Below are positions 41,873 through 53,091 of a DNA stretch of 64,000 nucleotides, in pieces. The translations under genes were made by a program, and so were the position numbers. The stretch lies in contig CAVPCR010000004.1 of NCBI GenBank assembly GCA_963702435.1, positions 694,752-758,751 of the forward strand, read 5' to 3'. Positions within the stretch are counted from its first letter, which is position 1, and each line of letters starts with the position of its first letter. Origin of the DNA: Candidatus Eiseniibacteriota bacterium (GTDB lineage Bacteria; Eisenbacteria; RBG-16-71-46; CAVPCR01). The notes under the pieces are model-generated. The model had not been told where the DNA came from. It saw only the letters and a program-made list of their open reading frames with translations, and did no database searches.

Positions 41873-41942
41873 CAGCCGGCGCGGACGGGTGCGACCGGGC
41901 GCGCATGGCGCCGGTCACTAGAAGCGGCAAGGGAACTGGGCA

Positions 41943-42317
41943 ATGCGTTCAATAGCGAAAGAGCGGCGCGACGGCCGGATCATCCGGCACCGGCGGATTC
42001 GCCTGTCGATCAGTGGCACCGCGGAGCGGCCGCGCCTCGCGGTGTACCGGAGCTTGCGTCATCTCTACGCGCAGATCATCGACGACGACCGGGCGCACAC
42101 CCTGGTCGCGATCTCGACGCTCGACAAGGGCGTGGGTCAGGAGCTGACCGGCACCGGGAGCGGCCTGAAGAGGGCCCGACTCCTCGGCAAGCTCCTGGCG
42201 AGCCGCGCCAAGGAGCAAGGGATCACCAGGGTGGCGTTCGACCGCGGCGGCTATCTCTACCACGGACACGTGAAGGAGCTGGCCGAGGGCGCCCGCGAAG
42301 GCGGGCTCGAGTTCTAG
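41943..42317 (+). CDS. rplR: 50S ribosomal protein L18
   Basis: [31 protein letters not shown]. Confidence 0.97.
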   Translation: MRSIAKERRDGRIIRHRRIRLSISGTAERPRLAVYRSLRHLYAQIIDDDRAHTLVAISTLDKGVGQELTGTGSGLKRARLLGKLLASRAKEQGITRVAFDRGGYLYHGHVKELAEGAREGGLEF

Positions 42318-42417
42318 GACAACGGGTTCTCGGCAGGAGCGTTCGGCCGGCGGCCGCCCGGGTGGCGGTCGCCAGAGTGGTATCGCCGCCCCGGCGGGGC
42401 GGGAAGAAGGAGCAGGT

Positions 42418-43089
42418 ATGGCGCAGCGACGCGGCGGACCTCCGCGCGATCGCGATCGCGACCGCGGTGGACGGCCCGAGGGCGAGGCTCCGGAGCTGGC
42501 CGAGCGGGTCATCAATGTGAACCGCGTGGCGAAGGTGGTGAAGGGTGGACGCCGGTTCAGCTTCAACGCCATCGTCGCGGTCGGCAACCAGAAGGGCAAG
42601 GTCGGCATCGGGCTGGGCAAGGCCAACGAGGTCTCGGAAGCGATCCGCAAGGCCTCGGACGCCGCGCGCAGGGGGATGAGCGAGGTTACGCGCCGCGGAT
42701 CCACCATCCCGCACCCGATCATCGGCCATCATGGCGCGGGTCGGGTGCTGCTCAAGCCGGCGGCGCCCGGGACCGGGATCATCGCCGGGGGTGTGGTGCG
42801 TGCGGTCCTCGAGTCGGCGGGCATCACGGACATCCTGACCAAGTGCCTGGGCTCGACCAATCCGCACAACCTGGTGCAGGCCACGATGACGGCCCTGCAC
42901 TCGCTGCGCGACGCCGGTCAGATCGCGACCGAGCGCGGCACCACCGTGCGCGAGCTCTTCGGCATGAGCGAGCGCCCGGCGGCGGCGGCGGTGCCGGCGG
43001 TGGTGGCGGCGGTGCCGGCGGCGGCTCCGGCGGGCGATGCCGCGGCGGCGACCGAGGCGGCCGGCATGAACTCCGGCGGCGCGGCGTAG
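42418..43089 (+). CDS. rpsE: 30S ribosomal protein S5
   Basis: [23 protein letters not shown]. Confidence 0.97.
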   Translation: MAQRRGGPPRDRDRDRGGRPEGEAPELAERVINVNRVAKVVKGGRRFSFNAIVAVGNQKGKVGIGLGKANEVSEAIRKASDAARRGMSEVTRRGSTIPHPIIGHHGAGRVLLKPAAPGTGIIAGGVVRAVLESAGITDILTKCLGSTNPHNLVQATMTALHSLRDAGQIATERGTTVRELFGMSERPAAAAVPAVVAAVPAAAPAGDAAAATEAAGMNSGGAA

Positions 43090-43117
43090 GCGGTGCAGGC
43101 GGCGTGAGGAACAGGCG

Positions 43118-43300
43118 ATGAAGCTCAAGATCACTCAAATCCGGAGCGCGATCGATCGCAAGTTCGATCAGAAGCAGACCATCCGCGCTCTCGGCATCCG
43201 GCGCCTCCAGGGGACGGTCATGCACGAGGACACCCCGCAGATCCGAGGAATGATCGCCAAGGTCAGCCATCTCCTGCGGGTGGAGGAAGTGAAGTCATGA
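43118..43300 (+). CDS. rpmD: 50S ribosomal protein L30
   Basis: KITQIRSAI, IRGMIAKVSHL. Confidence 0.95.
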   Translation: MKLKITQIRSAIDRKFDQKQTIRALGIRRLQGTVMHEDTPQIRGMIAKVSHLLRVEEVKS

Positions 43301-43743
43301 ACCTCGGCGAATTGAAGCCGGCGCGCGGCGCCGTCCAGAAGCGCAAGCGCCTCGGCCGGGGCACCGGCTCGGGCCGCGGCGGCACCTGCGGCCGCGGATC
43401 GAAGGGCCAGAAGGCGCGCACCGGCAAGAAGGTGCATCCCTACTTCGAAGGCGGTCAGCTCCCGCACCACCGGCGCACGCCCAAGGTCGGGTTCACCAAC
43501 TTCACGCGGGTGTCTTACCAGGTCGTCAACTTGAGCGATCTCGCCGCCTTCGCGGCGGGCACCAAGGTGACGGGGGCCGAGCTCAAGGCGCTGGGTCTTG
43601 TGCGGAAGGCCGACGGTCCGATCAAGCTCCTCGCCCAGGGCGAGGTCCAGGTGGCCCTCGCGATCCACGTCGACGCGGCGAGCGAGGCCGCCAAGCGGAA
43701 GATCGAGGCGGCCGGCGGCAAGGTGGGCGGTCGCGAGTCGTAG
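43297..43743 (+). CDS. rplO: 50S ribosomal protein L15
   Basis: RLGRGTGSGRGGTCGRGSKGQKAR, FEGGQLP. Confidence 0.96.
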   Translation: MNLGELKPARGAVQKRKRLGRGTGSGRGGTCGRGSKGQKARTGKKVHPYFEGGQLPHHRRTPKVGFTNFTRVSYQVVNLSDLAAFAAGTKVTGAELKALGLVRKADGPIKLLAQGEVQVALAIHVDAASEAAKRKIEAAGGKVGGRES

Positions 43744-43765
43744 GTGGGTGGTCGCGAGTCGTAGG
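43721..43765. repeat. 21-bp tandem duplication of the rplO 3' end
   Basis: AGGTGGGCGGTCGCGAGTCGT followed by AGGTGGGTGGTCGCGAGTCGT (1 mismatch). Confidence 0.85.
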
Positions 43766-43830
43766 AGCGCTCGCGGGCACTCCTTAAGCGGCCGGGCGCC
43801 AGCGGGCGGCCGGCGGAGAGATTGAGTTCT

Positions 43831-45153
43831 ATGGCGTTGGTCGAGAGCTTCCAGAGCGTGTTCAAGATCCCGGAGCTCAAGAAGCGGATCTTGTTCACGG
43901 CCGGGCTTCTCATCATCTACCGCCTCGGCAGCCACGTGCCGACGCCGGGGATCAACGGCGCTGCGCTCGAGTCCTTCTTCGCGGCGCAGGCGGGGACCCT
44001 CTTTGGTCTTTACGACCTCTTCGCCGGCGGGGCGCTTCGAAGGCGACCATCTTCGCCCTCGGCATCATGCCCTACATCAACGCCTCGATCATCCTGCAGC
44101 TCCTCGGGTCGGTCATCCCGTACTTCGAGAAGCTGCGCAAGGAGGGCGAGGAGGGCCGGAAGAAGATCACGCAGATCACGCGCTATGCACGGTCTTCTTC
44201 GCGGTGGTCCAGTCGTTCGGGTTCTGCCTGTTCCTCGAGGGGCTCCGCGGCGCCGACGGCGTGACGGCGGTGGTGCCGGATCCCGGGTTCGGGTTCCGCC
44301 TCCTCACCATGCTCACGCAGACCTCCGGCACCATCTTCGTGATGTGGCTCGGCGAGCAGATCACCGAACGCGGTATCGGCAACGGGATCTCGCTCATCAT
44401 CTTCATCAACATCGTGGCCCGCTTCCCCAACGACGTGCTGAATACGGCGCGCCAGGTCATGAGCGGGCAGCTCAACATCTTCGCCGGCCTCCTCCTCATC
44501 GGCTTCATGCTGCTGGTGATCGCAGCGGTGGTGGCGATGACCCAGGCGCAGCGGAAGATCCCGGTCCAGTACGCGAAGCGGATCGTCGGCCGCCGGATGG
44601 TACGGCTGCCTCGAGCACGCACATCCCGCTCCGGGTCAACGCGGCCGGCGTGATCCCGATCATCTTCGCGCAGTCGATCATCGCATTCCCGAGCACCCTG
44701 GCGAGCTTCTTCCCGGACAACGACCTGATGGCCCAGGTGGCCAACATCTTCTCGCCGCACCATCTGGTGTACGGGGTGCTCTACGCGGCGATCATCATCT
44801 TCTTCACGTACTTCTACACCGCCATCGTGCTCAATCCGGCCGAGCTGGCGGACAACATGAAGAAGCACGGCGGGTTCATCCCCGGCATCCGGCCGGGGAA
44901 GAAGACGGCGGAGTACATCGACCGGGTGCTGACCCGGATCACCCTGCCGGGGGCCATCTTCCTGGCGGTGATCGCGGTCTTGCCCGACATCCTGCTCTAC
45001 CGGTTCAACGTGCCGTTCTACTTCGGCGGGACGAGCCTCCTCATCGTCGTCGGCGTGGCGCTCGATACGCTGCAGCAGATCGAGTCGCACCTTCTCATGC
45101 GCCACTACGACGGCTTCATGAAGCGAGGGAAGCTCAAGGCGCGGCGCTACTAA
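43831..45153 (+). CDS. secY: Preprotein translocase subunit SecY (apparent indels)
   Basis: [49 protein letters not shown]. Confidence 0.97.
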   Translation: MALVESFQSVFKIPELKKRILFTAGLLIIYRLGSHVPTPGINGAALESFFAAQAGTLFGLYDLFAGGALRRRPSSPSASCPTSTPRSSCSSSGRSSRTSRSCARRARRAGRRSRRSRAMHGLLRGGPVVRVLPVPRGAPRRRRRDGGGAGSRVRVPPPHHAHADLRHHLRDVARRADHRTRYRQRDLAHHLHQHRGPLPQRRAEYGAPGHERAAQHLRRPPPHRLHAAGDRSGGGDDPGAAEDPGPVREADRRPPDGTAASSTHIPLRVNAAGVIPIIFAQSIIAFPSTLASFFPDNDLMAQVANIFSPHHLVYGVLYAAIIIFFTYFYTAIVLNPAELADNMKKHGGFIPGIRPGKKTAEYIDRVLTRITLPGAIFLAVIAVLPDILLYRFNVPFYFGGTSLLIVVGVALDTLQQIESHLLMRHYDGFMKRGKLKARRY

Positions 45154-45181
45154 GTCGTGGGGCTCGCGCCCGGTTCGCGAT

Positions 45182-45757
45182 ATGAACCTGATCCTGTTTG
45201 GGCCTCCGGGCAGCGGCAAGGGAACCCAGGCCAAGCGCATTGCGCGGGAATTCGCTATGACGCACCTGTCGACCGGCGACGTGCTCAGGCAGGCGGTGGT
45301 GGAGCAGACCGCGCTCGGCCTCGCCGCGAAGGAGCTGATGGCTGCCGGGCAGCTGGTGCCGGACGGGGTCATGATCGACCTCGTTCGTGAGCGCCTGAAG
45401 AGGGAGGGCGGGAACGGTTTCGTGCTCGACGGGTTCCCGCGGACGATCGATCAGGCGCGGGGACTCGAGCGCATGCTCGGCGAGATGGGGCAGCAGGTCG
45501 ATCGCGTGCTGGCGATCTCGGTGCCGCGCGAGGAGCTCGTGCGGCGGCTGGCCGGTCGGGCCGAGATCGAAGGACGGAGCGACGACATGGCGGGCGTGAT
45601 CGGCGACCGGCTCAAGGTCTACGAGCGACAGACCGAGCCGGTGGCCGGCTGGTACCGCGAGCGATCGCTCCTGGTCGAGGTGGACGGGGGGCGGGCCATC
45701 GAGGAGGTGTGGGAGGACATCCGCGGCCTGATCGAGCAGTGCCGGCGGCGAGTCTGA
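45182..45757 (+). CDS. adk: Adenylate kinase (short LID)
   Basis: GPPGSGKGTQ, STGD, LDGFPRT. Confidence 0.96.
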   Translation: MNLILFGPPGSGKGTQAKRIAREFAMTHLSTGDVLRQAVVEQTALGLAAKELMAAGQLVPDGVMIDLVRERLKREGGNGFVLDGFPRTIDQARGLERMLGEMGQQVDRVLAISVPREELVRRLAGRAEIEGRSDDMAGVIGDRLKVYERQTEPVAGWYRERSLLVEVDGGRAIEEVWEDIRGLIEQCRRRV

Positions 45758-45758
45758 A

Positions 45759-46529
<771 letters not shown>

Positions 46530-46578
46530 GGAGAGGGGCAGGCGGGGTGCCGGCCGCGTCGTCGCTCGAGGAGATCTT

Positions 46579-46797
46579 GTGAGCAAGCAGGAAGGCGTCA
46601 CGGTCGAGGGGACGGTGGTCGAGCCGCTGCCGAACGCGATGTTCAGAGTGGAACTGGAGAACGGGCACAAGGTGCTGGCCCACGTCTCGGGCAAGATGCG
46701 GATGCACTTCATCCGCATCCTGCCCGGGGACAAGGTGACGGTGGAGCTCTCGCCCTACGATCTCACTCGCGGGCGGATCGTCTACCGCTACAAGTAG
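46579..46797 (+). CDS. infA: Translation initiation factor IF-1
   Basis: [25 protein letters not shown]. Confidence 0.98.
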   Translation: MSKQEGVTVEGTVVEPLPNAMFRVELENGHKVLAHVSGKMRMHFIRILPGDKVTVELSPYDLTRGRIVYRYK

Positions 46798-46840
46798 CAG
46801 CACGCGGACCGGCGGTCGCTGCGGCACCACGGGAGCAGTC

Positions 46841-46957
46841 ATGAAGGTCAGAGCATCGGTCAAGAAGATCTGCGAGCACTGCAAGCTCGTGCGGCGGCAG
46901 GGGGTGCTCCGCGTGATCTGCAAGCGGAACCCCAAGCACAAGCAGCGGCAGGGCTAG
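46841..46957 (+). CDS. rpmJ: 50S ribosomal protein L36
   Basis: [38 protein letters not shown]. Confidence 0.97.
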   Translation: MKVRASVKKICEHCKLVRRQGVLRVICKRNPKHKQRQG

Positions 46958-46975
46958 TCAGGAAGGAGGAGCACG

Positions 46976-47360
46976 TTGGCACGCATCGCAGGCGTGGATC
47001 TGCCGGCCCAGAAGCGGATCGAGGTCGCTCTCACCTACCTCTTCGGGATCGGGAATCTCGCACCGCGCGGCGGATTCTGGCGGAGACCGGAGTGAATCCC
47101 GAGACGCGGGTCAAGGATCTGAGCGAGGAAGACACCGCCAAGCTCCGCAGCATCATCGAGAGCGACTTCAAGGTGGAGGGAGCCTCCGCACCGAGGTGGC
47201 GATGAACATCAAGCGGTTGATGGACATCGGCTCCTACCGCGGGCTCCGGCACCGCCGCGGTCTGCCGGTGCGCGGGCAGCGCACCAAGACCAACGCCCGC
47301 ACGCGAAAGGGCCCGAAGAAGGGCGCCGGGTCGGGCCGGCGCAACGTAACCAAGACGTGA
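46976..47360 (+). CDS. rpsM: 30S ribosomal protein S13 (apparent indels)
   Basis: [35 protein letters not shown]. Confidence 0.96.
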
Positions 47361-47371
47361 GGAAGTGAAGC

Positions 47372-47765
47372 GTGGCCAGTCCGAAACCAAAGACCAAGAA
47401 GAAGCGTGAAAAGCGCACTTCAGTGAGCGGCGTGGCTCACGTGCAGGCGACCTTCAACAACACGATCATCACGATTGCGGACGAGACCGGCGGGGTCGTC
47501 AGCTGGGTCGAGCGCCGGCAAGGCCGGGTTCAAGGGCTCGAAGAAGTCGACGCCGTTCGCCGCGCAGATGGCCGCGGATCAGTGCGCGCGCGAGGCGCTA
47601 GGTCTCGGCATGAAGCGCGTCGAGGTCTGCGTCAAGGGGCCGGGCGCCGGGCGCGAGGCGGCCGTCCGCTCGCTGCAGGCGGCGGGGCTCGAGATCGCTG
47701 CCATCCGCGACGTCACACCCATTCCGCACAACGGCTGCCGCCCGCCCAAGCGGCGGCGGGTCTAG
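47372..47765 (+). CDS. rpsK: 30S ribosomal protein S11 (one apparent indel)
   Basis: [34 protein letters not shown]. Confidence 0.96.
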
Positions 47766-47818
47766 GCGGGTATTCGGGATAGAAGCGGCCGGATCGAGGG
47801 GATCCGGCGGAGGTCTGC

Positions 47819-48448
47819 ATGGGACGGTATACCGGAAGCGTTTGCCGGCTCTGTCGCCGGGAGCGCATCAAGCTCTTCCTCAAGGGCTCCCGGTGCGAGA
47901 CGGACAAGTGCCCGATCGAGCGGCGCCCGTACCCGCCGGGCGAGCACGGGAAGGACCGCCGGGCCAAGGAGTCCGACTACGGGGTGCAGCTCCGCGAGAA
48001 GCAGAAGGCCAAGCGCATCTACGGCTCTCGCGAGCGGCAGTTCCGTAACTACTTCACCGCCGCAGTCCGCCAGACCGGCGTCACCGGCGAGAAGCTGCTC
48101 GAGCGGCTCGAGCTTCGGCTCGACAACGTCGTCTACCGCCTCGGGCTCGCCCCGTCGCGGGCGGCGGCGCGGCAGCTCATCCGGCACCGCCACATCGAGG
48201 TCGACGGGCAGTTGGTGGACATTCCTTCCTATCAGGTCGCCGTCAACGAGCTGGTGGGCGTGCTCGAGCGGTCGCGGCAGCTGGTCGCGGTCGTGAGCGC
48301 GGTCGAGAAGCGGGGCGGACGCCCGATGCCGGGCTGGCTCGAGCTCGATGCGAGCGGCATGGCGGGGCGCGTGCGCATGAAGCCGGGGCGCGAGGAGATC
48401 CAGATCCCGGTCCAGGAGCAGCTCATCGTCGAGCTCTTCTCCAAGTAA
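47819..48448 (+). CDS. rpsD: 30S ribosomal protein S4
   Basis: CRLCRRE, QLREKQK, LELRLDNVVYR. Confidence 0.97.
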   Translation: MGRYTGSVCRLCRRERIKLFLKGSRCETDKCPIERRPYPPGEHGKDRRAKESDYGVQLREKQKAKRIYGSRERQFRNYFTAAVRQTGVTGEKLLERLELRLDNVVYRLGLAPSRAAARQLIRHRHIEVDGQLVDIPSYQVAVNELVGVLERSRQLVAVVSAVEKRGGRPMPGWLELDASGMAGRVRMKPGREEIQIPVQEQLIVELFSK

Positions 48449-48471
48449 CTAGGGACGGAGGCCAGAAGACC

Positions 48472-49482
48472 ATGAAGTGGAAGCCGCTCCAGATGCCGAA
48501 GCGCGTAGAGGTCGAGGAGAAGACCATGACCGATCGCTTCGGGAGGTTCTTCATCGAACCGCTCGAGCGAGGCTTTGGCATGACGATCGGCAACTCGCTG
48601 CGCCGGGTCCTCCTCTCGTCGCTGCAGGGCGCCGCGGTGACCGCGGTGCGCATCGACGGCGTGCTGCACGAGTTCACCACCATCAACGGGGTGTTCGAGG
48701 ACACGACCCAGGTCATCATGAACTTGAAGAAGATCCGCTTCAAGTTCGATGCCGACGGGCCCGTGAAGGGGCATTTCGAGAAGCGTGGGAAGGGCGAGCT
48801 CAGGGCCGGCGATCTCGAGGTGGATCCCGCGGTCAACGTGCTCAATCCGGAGCTCCACATCGCCACGCTCAACGAGGAAGCCGAGCTCCTGATCGACGTC
48901 GAGATCGCGCCGGGGCGCGGCTACGTGGTGGCCGAGCAGCAGGCGAGCGTCGAGCGTCCGATCGGGGTGATCGCGGTCGATTCGCAGTTCTCGCCCATCG
49001 AGAAGGTGAACTTCACGGTCGAGAACACCCGCATCGGGCAGCGAACCGACTTCGACAAGCTCATCGTCGAGCTGTGGACCGACGGCTCGGTGCCGCCGAT
49101 CGACGCCGTGGCGCACGCCGCCAAGGTGCTCAAGGATCATTTCAGCCTGTTCATCAACTTCGAGGAAGAGCCGGCGGTCGTCGAGGAGATCCGGGAGGAC
49201 GAGGATACCGGGCGCATCCGCTCGCTCCTCGAGAAGAGCGTCGAGGAGCTCGAGCTCTCGGTGCGCTCGTCGAACTGCCTTCGCGCCGCCGAGATCAAGA
49301 CCCTGGGCCAGCTCGTGCAGAAGAGCGAAGCCGAGATGCTCAAGTACCGCAACTTCGGCCGCAAGTCACTGCGTGAGATCGCCGACGTGCTGAGCGAGAT
49401 GGGTCTCGGCTTCGGCATGGACGTCGCGCAGTACCTGGAACCGAAGAAGGAAGAGAAGCAGGAGCAGTACCTGGGGCTCTAG
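48472..49482 (+). CDS. rpoA: RNA polymerase alpha subunit
   Basis: EPLERGFGMTIGNSLRRVLLSS, ELSVRSSNCL, NFGRKSL. Confidence 0.98.
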   Translation: MKWKPLQMPKRVEVEEKTMTDRFGRFFIEPLERGFGMTIGNSLRRVLLSSLQGAAVTAVRIDGVLHEFTTINGVFEDTTQVIMNLKKIRFKFDADGPVKGHFEKRGKGELRAGDLEVDPAVNVLNPELHIATLNEEAELLIDVEIAPGRGYVVAEQQASVERPIGVIAVDSQFSPIEKVNFTVENTRIGQRTDFDKLIVELWTDGSVPPIDAVAHAAKVLKDHFSLFINFEEEPAVVEEIREDEDTGRIRSLLEKSVEELELSVRSSNCLRAAEIKTLGQLVQKSEAEMLKYRNFGRKSLREIADVLSEMGLGFGMDVAQYLEPKKEEKQEQYLGL

Positions 49483-49542
49483 CCGCCCCGGTGCTGCTCG
49501 CCCCTGCTTTCCGCAGTCGATCAGGAGAGGAAGGATCGGGCC

Positions 49543-50172
49543 ATGCGCCATAACCGCAAGGGCCGGCAGCTCAGCCGGACCAGTAGCCACCGGCGGGCGA
49601 TGCTCCGCAATCTCGTGACCTCGCTCTTCGAGCACGAGCGGGTGACCACGACTGTCGCCAAGGCCAAGGAGGCGCGGCCGGTGGCCGAGCGGCTCATCAC
49701 GCGCGCCCGGGCGGGCGGTCTCGCAGCCCGGCGCTACGTCTCCTCCTATGTCATGAGCGAGGATGTGGCGAAGAAGCTGATGGACGACATCGCGCCCCGC
49801 TTCGCGACGCGGCCGGGCGGCTACACGCGGATCTTCAAGGCCGGCCTCCGCCACGGCGACTCGGGCGAGATCGGCATCCTCGAGCTGGTCGAGCGGAAGA
49901 TCGTGAAGCCGGGGAAGGAAGACAAGAAGAAGGGCGCGAAGCAGGGGAAGGACGACGAGGGAGTGAGCGACGCCGACAAGGCGGTCAAGGCGGAGAAGCG
50001 CGCGGAGAAGGAAGCGGCCAAGGCCGAGAAGAAGGCGGCCAAGAAGGCCGGCGTCCCGCTCCGGGAGCGCGGTGGCCCGGGCGGACGGAAGACGAAGGGC
50101 GCCGGGCACGCCAAGCACACGCAGGCCACCCGCAAGTCGGGCGGCAGCCAGAAGTCGTCGAAGGAAGGCTAG
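49543..50172 (+). CDS. rplQ: 50S ribosomal protein L17 with long Lys-rich C-terminal tail
   Basis: MRHNRKGRQLSRTSSHR, TTVAKAKE, RPGGYTRI. Confidence 0.96.
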   Translation: MRHNRKGRQLSRTSSHRRAMLRNLVTSLFEHERVTTTVAKAKEARPVAERLITRARAGGLAARRYVSSYVMSEDVAKKLMDDIAPRFATRPGGYTRIFKAGLRHGDSGEIGILELVERKIVKPGKEDKKKGAKQGKDDEGVSDADKAVKAEKRAEKEAAKAEKKAAKKAGVPLRERGGPGGRKTKGAGHAKHTQATRKSGGSQKSSKEG

Positions 50173-50196
50173 CGGGCAGCAGGCTCTTAAAGCGCC

Positions 50197-51550
50197 GTGA
50201 TCATGACCGCGGTCGCGAGGGCGGTTCCGAGAAGGAGCCGCCCCTTGCTTTTGGGGTGGTGGGGCATCGTGCTTGCGCTCTCGGTGCTGGCTGCACTGGC
50301 GGGGTGCGGCGGTCCGTCCCCCGAGGGGCGCGGGCCGGGCGAGATGCCGGCGGTGGCGGGTGCACCGGCGGTGGGCGCCGACACGACAGCGGCGGTCGCG
50401 GTCGCGGACACGGGGCGGATGCGGGGGCCGGTCAGAGCGCCCGTCTACACAGCCCCGCGCGCGCTCTGGATCGTGCGCCACGATCTCGCCGACCCGAAGC
50501 ACCTCGCCGACGCCGTCGATTGGGCGGCGGCGGCCGGGTTCACCGATCTCCTCGTCCAGGTCCGGGGACGGGGAGACGCCTACTACCGCTCGGACATCGT
50601 GCCCCGGGCCGAGGATCTCCGCGGCGATCCGGCCCGCGATCCCCTCGCCGAGGCGATCGCGCTCGCCCGCGCCCGCGGGCTCCGCGTTCATGCCTGGATC
50701 AACGTCAGCCTCGCCTGGTCGGCGGCGCGTCTTCCGAGGGCACCGGACCATGTCGCGCGCGCACATCGCGACTGGTTCGTGTGGATCCAGACCAGGGGGC
50801 AGGCGCCGCGGAACTCGTTCGATTTGAAGAAACGCGAGCTCGACGCGCTCGAGCTCGAAGGGCACTTCCTGATCCCGGGGCACCCGGCGGCCGATGCCCA
50901 TCTCGAGGCGGTCGTCCGCGAGCTCGTCCAGCGCTATCCGTTCCTCGACGGCATCCACTTCGACTACGCGCGCCTGCCGCGCGCCGTGAAGAGCCTCGAT
51001 CCGGAGAGCCGGGCCGCGTTCCGCGCGCGGTATGGCGTCGATCCGGCAGGGTTGAGCGCGAAGCGCTTCGCCGCCGGCGACACGCTCGCCATCGCCTGGT
51101 ATCGTTTCCACGAGGAGCGGGTGACGGCCCTCGTCGCGCGGCTGGCGGCCGCGGCGCGCGCCGCGCATCCGGGTATCACGGTCTCGGCCGCCGTCTATCC
51201 CGATCCAGTGGCGGCGCGGCGGGAGCGCGCGCAGGACTGGGATCGCTGGCTCGCGGACGGGGACGATCGACGTGGCCGCGCCGATGTGCTACGCGGCCGC
51301 GCCGGCGATCGCGCGCGCCGACCTGAGGACGGCGCGCGCTGCGACGTCGGGCCGGCTGTGGGCGGGGCTCGGCCTCTACAACAAGTCGCTCGACGAGGCG
51401 CTCGCCGGCGCCGCGCTCGCCCGCGAGCTGGGTTATGAGGGCGTCGCGCTCTTCTCGCACACGGCGGCGCGGGAGAAGGGGTCGCGGGCGAAGACGGCGA
51501 TCGCGGCCGCGCTCGCCGGGTTCGCGGCGGCGGGAACGGTGGTGAAGTGA
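50197..51550 (+). CDS. GHL10/YddW-like glycoside hydrolase lipoprotein (one apparent indel near 51260)
   Basis: Lipobox LAGC; VQVRGRGDAYY, GLRVHAWIN, LDGIHFDYAR, QDW..WL. Confidence 0.8.
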
Positions 51551-53091
51551 ACGATGCTCCGCTCGTCCTCCTGACCGGCGCGTCCGGCTACGTCGGCGGC
51601 CGGCTCCTCGGCGTGCTCGCGGCGCGCGGCTATCGCGTCCGCTGTCTCGCGCGGAAGCCCGAGTACCTGCGCGGGCGGTTGGACGCCGATGCGGCCGCCG
51701 CGGTCGCGGTGGTCGCGGGCGACGTCCTCGACCCGGCGAGCCTGGCTGCCGCGATGCAGGGCGTTGCAGTCGCCTACTACCTCGTCCACTCGATGGGGAC
51801 GGCCGGCGACTTCGAGGAGGAAGATCGGCGGGGAGCCGCCAATTTCGGCGCCGCGGCGCAGGCGGCCGGGGTGCGGCGGATCATCTACCTGGGCGGGCTC
51901 GGGGAAGCGGACCCCGGGTTGTCGCCGCACCTGCGGAGTCGGCACGAGGTGGGGGAGATCCTCCGCCGCTCGGGCGTGCCGGAGGTCGTCGAGCTCCGCG
52001 CCTCGATCGTGATGGGCTCGGGGAGTCTCTCCTTCGAGATGATTCGCGCGCTCGTCGAGCTGCTCCCGGTGATGGTGACGCCGCGCTGGGTCTCCATGCC
52101 CGCGCAGCCGATTGCGATCGGCGATTTGCTCGCGTATCTCGTCGCGGCGATCGATGCGCCGACCGGACCGGGTGCATATGTCTTGGAGATCGGCGGCGCC
52201 GATCAGGTCTCCTACGGCGACATCATGCGCGAGTACGGGCGCCAGCGCGGCCTCAACCGGCTGATGATCCGCGTGCCGGTCCTGACCCCGCGGCTCTCGA
52301 GCCTCTGGCTCGGTCTCGTGACGCCGCTCTACGCGCGCATCGGGCGGAAGCTCGTGGACAGCCTTCGCCATCCGACGGTCGTCAGGGACGACTCGGCGCG
52401 GGCTGCTTTCCCCGACATCCATCCGGGCGGCATTCGCGAAGCGGTGGCCGCCGCGCTCCGGAACGAGGAGCAGGCGTTCGCGGCCACCCGCTGGTCGGAC
52501 GCGCTCTCCGCGGGCGGGCGCCTCAGCGACTTCGGCGGCAAGCGCTTCGGAGGCCGGATCGTGGATTCGCGAGTCGTCGTCGCCGCGGCGGCGCCGGCCG
52601 CGGCCTTCGCGCCCATCCGCCGGATCGGCGGCGAGACCGGGTGGTACTACGCGAACTTCCTGTGGCGCCTTCGTGGATTCCTCGACCTCCTCGTGGGAGG
52701 GATCGGCGCGCGGCGCGGGCGGCGCGACCGGGAGCATCTCCGGGTCGGCGACACGGTCGACTGGTGGCGCGTCGAGGCGATCGAGCCCGACCGGCGGCTC
52801 CGGTTGTTTGCGGAGATGAGGCTCCCGGGGCGCGCGTGGCTCGAGTTCGAGGTGCGGGACGAGGGGGCGGCCGGGCAGGCCGCCGGGCAGGCCGCCGGGC
52901 GCAGTTCGATTCGCCAGACGGCGATCTTCGATCCGGTGGGACTACTCGGGCTCGTCTACTGGTACGCGCTCTATCCGGTCCACTGGCTCATCTTCGATCG
53001 CATGCTCGCGCGGATCAAGGAGCGGGCGGAGCGGGAGCAGGGAGCGGTGGAGCGGAAGCTGGCAGCCCCGCGCGGCTCGACACCAGCGTGA
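51547..53091 (+). CDS. YbjT-like NAD(P)-binding protein with C-terminal DUF2867-like domain
   Basis: TGASGYVGG, YYLVHSM, IGGETGWYY, AEMRLPGRAWLEF, G..YWYAL.PVH..IF. Confidence 0.85.
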   Translation: MNDAPLVLLTGASGYVGGRLLGVLAARGYRVRCLARKPEYLRGRLDADAAAAVAVVAGDVLDPASLAAAMQGVAVAYYLVHSMGTAGDFEEEDRRGAANFGAAAQAAGVRRIIYLGGLGEADPGLSPHLRSRHEVGEILRRSGVPEVVELRASIVMGSGSLSFEMIRALVELLPVMVTPRWVSMPAQPIAIGDLLAYLVAAIDAPTGPGAYVLEIGGADQVSYGDIMREYGRQRGLNRLMIRVPVLTPRLSSLWLGLVTPLYARIGRKLVDSLRHPTVVRDDSARAAFPDIHPGGIREAVAAALRNEEQAFAATRWSDALSAGGRLSDFGGKRFGGRIVDSRVVVAAAAPAAAFAPIRRIGGETGWYYANFLWRLRGFLDLLVGGIGARRGRRDREHLRVGDTVDWWRVEAIEPDRRLRLFAEMRLPGRAWLEFEVRDEGAAGQAAGQAAGRSSIRQTAIFDPVGLLGLVYWYALYPVHWLIFDRMLARIKERAEREQGAVERKLAAPRGSTPA

